Below are positions 59,300 through 64,000 of a stretch of 64,000 nucleotides of DNA, one piece after another. Each line of letters begins with the position of its first letter. Within the stretch, counting starts at the first letter, position 1. The translations under genes were made by a program, and so were the position numbers. A model generated the notes under the pieces. The model had not been told where the DNA came from, did not search any database, and saw only the letters and a list, made by a program, of their open reading frames with translations. This DNA is from Puniceicoccaceae bacterium (GTDB lineage Bacteria > Verrucomicrobiota > Verrucomicrobiia > Opitutales > Oceanipulchritudinaceae), in the NCBI GenBank assembly GCA_040830765.1, contig JBFOMH010000005.1:375780-439779 (forward strand), read 5' to 3'.

Positions 59300-62200
59300 T
59301 CAGGAAGGGAAGCAGGTATCGCGACCCAGCGTCCCGTCGAGTAGCCCCCGGTATGCCTTGTCCTTGCTGGCCTCAAGCCGGGAAGCGGCTTTCTCGCGAA
59401 GCGCGTCGAGGTTGTCCAGCGGAAGGTAATAGGCATCGAGGTAGTTGATGATCTTCTGCCAATGGGCGATATCCACTTTCTGCTTCTCATCGAGACGGGC
59501 GGCGTACCAGTCACTGCCAAGGATCGTCTCGGGTTCGAAGAGATTGCGGATTTCCGGGTCATCGAGCCCCTTGCCCTCGTAGGTCCCGTCGCGCATGATA
59601 TGCAGCAGGACCTTCATTGGCGGGCAGGCCAACTCGATGGAACCGTCATTGAAGTAGTTCTCCGCAACAACCCGGTGTGTTGTCAGGATATTGTCCATAC
59701 CATCGGCAAAGATGTCCATGTCCTGAATCTCCGGTTTCAGCATCGCTTCAGAAAACAGGACTTCCGGACTGGTGAATATCCGTCCGAGGAAGTAGTTCAC
59801 GAAGGCCTGGTTGATGCGGTAACCGAGGAGCCCTGTCGGCAGTTTGGTGCCGTTATGCTCATAAGCGGGAACCGCCTCCAGGAGGCCGTTCTCAATGAGC
59901 CATTTGGGGTCGCGTTCGTAGCGTCGCATGCGGCACCAGATCTCCGGCACCAGAAGGCTGATATCATGGTCGACCCGGAAATTGGGTCCAACATAGCCAG
60001 CGGCGGTGATAAACGGATTGAGCCCAGTCAAGGCGGCGGCGACAAGGGCGTTGTTGAGATCCGTAATCGGCAGGAGGGCATTGAAGGGAGCCTTGGTCAA
60101 TGCACCCTCGGAACCGGCCCCCGTGGTCGAGGGGCTCTTGCCGGTCATGCTGGAAGTGAATTCCATGAACGCTTCCGGAAGCGGCAGGTAATGAATCGGG
60201 TTGAACACCGCCAGGGAACGGATCGGCCCTTCCGGCGGATTGTTCCGGCGTCCCGGGAGAAATCCGTTCACCGGGTACAAGACTGCCTCTTCCTCCTTGA
60301 GTTGACGCTTGAAGCGTGCCCCGATTTCCGCCACGTAGCTTTCGATTGGGCTCTCCAGGGCAGTTGCAGTCTGCAGGTAGCGGGGATTGGCCGTGGGAAC
60401 GCCGTTGACCAGCCGCGGATTGGAGGGAGATACCACATAGGTTGGGGAACCCTCTTCCTTCTCGGCGAAACGGGTCAGAAGACCCTTCATGGGATCCGTG
60501 AAGTAATCGAAGCGGACAGCATCCTCGACCATCTCCTTGACCTCCCCATGGGTCAACGGGTGGTAATTCGAGAAGAAGTTAACCGGCTGGGACATGTCCC
60601 ACTCCGTCTTCTTGTCGTAGCCCCGGACAATGGCATCGTCCGGGCGCTGGAAAAGCCGGAATTCGCAGTTATGGACCACCTTGGCACTCGTCCCACCCTG
60701 TGATTGACCGGGCTGGGCGGGAATCTTTGACCAGGGAACAACCACCGAGGCGGTGATGTCATCCTCGGTCTGGATCTTGGTCGCCGGGAAATAATCCTTG
60801 CGGAGACTGAAGACCCGCCAGGCGTCACTGTCATCATAGCCAACCCGCAGGTAGCTGGTGATGAGCTTCATCCCCTTGTACTTCAATTCATGACCGGGAA
60901 TGCCGTTGATAATGTCGACGGAGAAGCGATCCCGCCAGTCTTCCCCCCAATCCGGCTTGTAAAACCGCTTGATGAGCAGGACCAGTTCCTTGATATGGGT
61001 CGGGATATTACGGACAAAGGCATTGTGTTCCTCGTTGTACTCCGGACTGGGGGTCAGGAGCTTGATGACGGAACCCAGCGACCGCTGGTCGGATAGAATC
61101 GGACGGCTGCTCTCGGCACACTTGGAGGAATCCTTAAACCGCTTGCCGAAATCCGTCTTCAGAAGGCGCTCCACGGCATCGAAGTCCTTCTTCAGGTTAC
61201 CCACATAAAACGGGGCATGAATAATGGCATCGGCGATAGACTTGGAAATCTCCGACTTGCCACCGCCAGATACCGTACAGGGCTTATGGCAGTTCGTGGC
61301 CTCCGGGACTGTACCGATGAGGCGCCAGCGGCGGCCTTCGGCCGGCTTGACCAACTGAACCTTGTATCCATTAGGATAAATGTAGATTTTGCCGGAGAGC
61401 AACTTGATCGAGGCTTCCTCATCCCCGCTGGTCCAGGAGATGGTCTGCTCACCAAGGGAGAACCGGGCATCCTCCGGAATGTAGATAATACTCGGAAAAC
61501 GCTTGTCGACGGCGTGACCTTCAGGCTGGAGGTCCATCCGGTCCCCGTAATCCTCCAGAACGGAAGCAAATGTACGGACCTCCTCGTCGATATAAGGAGA
61601 GAGGCGGAAATCCTCCCCGAGATCATAGGAACTGAAGGCCAGTGTACCCCCGGCGTGCTCTTCCTCGCACAAGCCATAGAGGTTGGCAGCAAAGCCGACC
61701 TGTGTCTTTACCTCCTTCTTGCAGTAGCCAAAATAATTGTCGGCGATGAGCGTCACCACGATTCCGGCTTCCGTGCGGGCCGTGATCTTGAACGCACCCC
61801 CGTCGTTGTACTTTTCATCTTCCGACTCCCAGCACATGCTGTCCCGCTTCTGGCGCTCGGTAGCCTCGGACACATGCGGCAGGCCGAGCTCTTTCTTTGT
61901 CAGCTCCTTGATATGGGGTGCCAGGATGACACAGCCAGAATGACCCGACCAGTGCTCGACATCGAGACCGGCATCGTTTTCAGGCAAGAAGGGGTCACCG
62001 GCATTGCCAAAGATTGATTCCACAAAATCCAGGTTCGCGGTCATGCTGCCCGGTGCGAAAAAGCGGATCTCCATGCGTTTCTCCGGAATGGTTCCCGGGA
62101 TTTCCGGGCAGATCACTGGTCGCAGAAGCAAGGATACCCAGACGTGCGCCTTATCCTCCTCGTTGCTTGTAAACGGAAGCAAGGTCAGGTCCTCCGGCGG

Positions 62201-62749
62201 CTGGAGGGCCGCCTTGAGCAGGCGGGCAAAGGTCACCTTCGGCACCGACTTCTTGTCGTGCGGAACCGGAAGCCCCCCTTCGGCCACGTGGAATACCCCC
62301 TTGGTCGTGCGCTTGTCCTTGACCGGATTATGCAGCACCCCGTTGGCCAAACGGTAGGATTCAATGATATCCGACTTGAATTCATCCCCGTCCGCAGGCA
62401 GGGAAAGCGCGCGGGCGACCCCGTGCTGGGACAGGTTGAAGGTATTGCCGGGCAAGTGGATCTCTCCCTCGTCTTCCAAATCGGCGAGGTAATCGTGGAT
62501 AAAGGCCTCAATCCGCAGGTCCACGGGCGGGCGCAGGCCTTCCTTGACGAGGGCGTTCTTGGCCCGGAAATGTGCCAGCAGGTTGTCGCTGATCGTAATG
62601 GCTGGGTAGGACTCCTTCTCTCCGAATATGGGCTGGCCGAGGGCCAGCAGGTTCAAATCGATTCGCTCGACGATATTCTCGGAAACGGGAACACTTTGTC
62701 CCTTCTCGCTGTCAAAGCCAATTCTGCGTTTAAGGTTTGTCTCTGGCAT
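59300..62749 (-). CDS. PPi-dependent phosphoenolpyruvate carboxykinase (PEP carboxytransphosphorylase)
   Basis: 1149 aa with HNPVKDKRTTKGVFH, NLDFVESIFGNAGDP, ADNYFGYCKKEVKTQ, CHKPCTVSGGGKSEISKS and TGKSPSTTGAGSEGALTK. These match my recollection of the PPi-PEPCK family. Confidence 0.85.
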   Translation of the reverse strand: MPETNLKRRIGFDSEKGQSVPVSENIVERIDLNLLALGQPIFGEKESYPAITISDNLLAHFRAKNALVKEGLRPPVDLRIEAFIHDYLADLEDEGEIHLPGNTFNLSQHGVARALSLPADGDEFKSDIIESYRLANGVLHNPVKDKRTTKGVFHVAEGGLPVPHDKKSVPKVTFARLLKAALQPPEDLTLLPFTSNEEDKAHVWVSLLLRPVICPEIPGTIPEKRMEIRFFAPGSMTANLDFVESIFGNAGDPFLPENDAGLDVEHWSGHSGCVILAPHIKELTKKELGLPHVSEATERQKRDSMCWESEDEKYNDGGAFKITARTEAGIVVTLIADNYFGYCKKEVKTQVGFAANLYGLCEEEHAGGTLAFSSYDLGEDFRLSPYIDEEVRTFASVLEDYGDRMDLQPEGHAVDKRFPSIIYIPEDARFSLGEQTISWTSGDEEASIKLLSGKIYIYPNGYKVQLVKPAEGRRWRLIGTVPEATNCHKPCTVSGGGKSEISKSIADAIIHAPFYVGNLKKDFDAVERLLKTDFGKRFKDSSKCAESSRPILSDQRSLGSVIKLLTPSPEYNEEHNAFVRNIPTHIKELVLLIKRFYKPDWGEDWRDRFSVDIINGIPGHELKYKGMKLITSYLRVGYDDSDAWRVFSLRKDYFPATKIQTEDDITASVVVPWSKIPAQPGQSQGGTSAKVVHNCEFRLFQRPDDAIVRGYDKKTEWDMSQPVNFFSNYHPLTHGEVKEMVEDAVRFDYFTDPMKGLLTRFAEKEEGSPTYVVSPSNPRLVNGVPTANPRYLQTATALESPIESYVAEIGARFKRQLKEEEAVLYPVNGFLPGRRNNPPEGPIRSLAVFNPIHYLPLPEAFMEFTSSMTGKSPSTTGAGSEGALTKAPFNALLPITDLNNALVAAALTGLNPFITAAGYVGPNFRVDHDISLLVPEIWCRMRRYERDPKWLIENGLLEAVPAYEHNGTKLPTGLLGYRINQAFVNYFLGRIFTSPEVLFSEAMLKPEIQDMDIFADGMDNILTTHRVVAENYFNDGSIELACPPMKVLLHIMRDGTYEGKGLDDPEIRNLFEPETILGSDWYAARLDEKQKVDIAHWQKIINYLDAYYLPLDNLDALREKAASRLEASKDKAYRGLLDGTLGRDTCFPS

Positions 62750-62847
62750 TAGAAAATTTAAGTAAAAGTATTAGCGCTATCTGTATTAACTTGGTTTAAG
62801 CCTTCTGACGAAATTACCTCAGGACCCAAGGTCAAGAATCTCTGATT

Positions 62848-64000
62848 ATGAAATCCAAAAATTCATCACTTTTGTGGGCCGTTCTTGCTCTTGCAAGTGG
62901 CGTGCCAGTTGCGCATCTGTCCGCCGTTCAACTCGATATGGAGAGCCGCTGGCAAATCCGGGACTATTACTCAATGGCCTATTTCAGGGGATCCGACGCC
63001 CGCATGGAATGGACGGGCAACCGCACTACCGGGGATTCTGGAACGGTTTCCGGGCCCTGGCTTGATGCCACCCGCGACCGGGTAAACTTTTACCGGGCCA
63101 TGGGAGGCCTGGCAGACAATATTGTCTTCGACTCCGACCTGAATGCCGCCTGCCAGGACTCCGCCCTGATGATGAGCACAAAAAATGCTCTCAGCCACGA
63201 GCCCTTACCCGCTGAGGAATGGGAACATTGGACGCAGGAAGGATACAATGCGGCCAATAATGGCAACATCGCCATCGGCTCGGTTGGCGCGGACGCCATT
63301 GACGGATACATGGCTGATACAGGATGGACGAACGCCGGGGTCGGTCACCGCCGCTGGATCCTCTTTCCACAGGCAGGCATCATGGGCAGTGGTGACGTGC
63401 CGAGCGACTTCTCCTTGAATCCACCCAAGAACAGCGCCAATACACTCTGGGTCATCCCGGACCCCATTGGACCACGGCCGGAAATCCGCGATGAGTTCGT
63501 TGCCTGGCCGCCCAAAGGTCATGTGCCCGCCCCGCTGGTCTGGTCCCGCTGGTCCTTTTCCTATCCCAACGCAAATTTCAATTCTGCCATCGTGACCATG
63601 GAGACCGGGGGACAGGCCATTGAAGACATCGACATCCAATTCCGCGGAAGCGGAACCGGCTATCCGGAGAGCTCTATTGTCTGGGTCCCCAATGGGATGG
63701 ATACCAACAGCCGGGCTACCTGGCCGACTCCCGACGTGGATGAAACGGTTAATGTCACCGTAAGCAACGTCTTTATTGGCGGCCAGGCGCATTCCTTTAG
63801 CTATGCCGTCACTATTTTTGATCCCTCCGAGGCAGGCGTTGAGGAATATACAACCAGCCTGACTCATCCGGCCAAAGTCATCAAGACAGCTCCCGCCAAT
63901 TTTGCCGTAACAACAAGGCCATGGTCTGAAGGCGTGCAGGGGCGAACAATTTCCACCACTGCATACACCACGGTCCACGGTGCGGAAGGTGGCGTGAATC
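62848..64000 (+). CDS. Secreted CAP (SCP-like) domain protein, runs off the window end
   Basis: Absent from the ORF track because there is no stop in the window. Hand translation from ATG 62848 gives signal peptide MKSKNSSLLWAVLALASG..., then RVNFYRAMGGL, CQDSALMMS...LSHEP and GHRRWILFP. Confidence 0.88.
   Translation, partial: MKSKNSSLLWAVLALASGVPVAHLSAVQLDMESRWQIRDYYSMAYFRGSDARMEWTGNRTTGDSGTVSGPWLDATRDRVNFYRAMGGLADNIVFDSDLNAACQDSALMMSTKNALSHEPLPAEEWEHWTQEGYNAANNGNIAIGSVGADAIDGYMADTGWTNAGVGHRRWILFPQAGIMGSGDVPSDFSLNPPKNSANTLWVIPDPIGPRPEIRDEFVAWPPKGHVPAPLVWSRWSFSYPNANFNSAIVTMETGGQAIEDIDIQFRGSGTGYPESSIVWVPNGMDTNSRATWPTPDVDETVNVTVSNVFIGGQAHSFSYAVTIFDPSEAGVEEYTTSLTHPAKVIKTAPANFAVTTRPWSEGVQGRTISTTAYTTVHGAEGGVN

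Noticed and set aside
59462..60703. 413-aa plus-strand ORF
   Set aside because: Entirely antisense to the PPi-PEPCK gene with no recognisable motifs; an expected shadow ORF from codon bias.

Overview
Bacterial chromosomal window of moderately high GC, most consistent with a PVC-superphylum organism, probably Verrucomicrobiota/Opitutales. This assignment is an inference from the PEP-CTERM protein, the fused double UvrA, the PPi-type PEP carboxykinase, the OleA/OleB plus type II FAS cluster and a verrucomicrobial-style C-terminal domain. About 34 genes are supported. I saw no rRNA, tRNA, CRISPR array or transposase. The main accessory element is a tightly coupled 24.7-kb four-gene operon (9448-34199): a small PEP-CTERM protein, a 2349-aa Ig-rich secreted protein ending in a distinct beta-rich tip, a 320-aa signal-peptide protein that looks like a cognate immunity/partner, and a 5357-aa multidomain surface protein with a 221-aa tandem repeat. 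I read it as a candidate surface-anchored giant adhesin/polymorphic-toxin system (inference). Other notable loci: (i) an orphan ParA ATPase operon with an alphaCTD-like protein and a basic coiled-coil protein; (ii) a phytoene-desaturase-like/FabZ/FabI/OleA/OleB operon, a possible route to polyunsaturated olefins; (iii) a tandem Hsp20 pair behind a sigma-54-type promoter; (iv) PPi-PEPCK joined to aguA-aguB. The rest is housekeeping or single genes (smc, topB, uvrA, msrA, malQ, class V aminotransferase). All family calls come from reading motifs by eye; no database searches were run.
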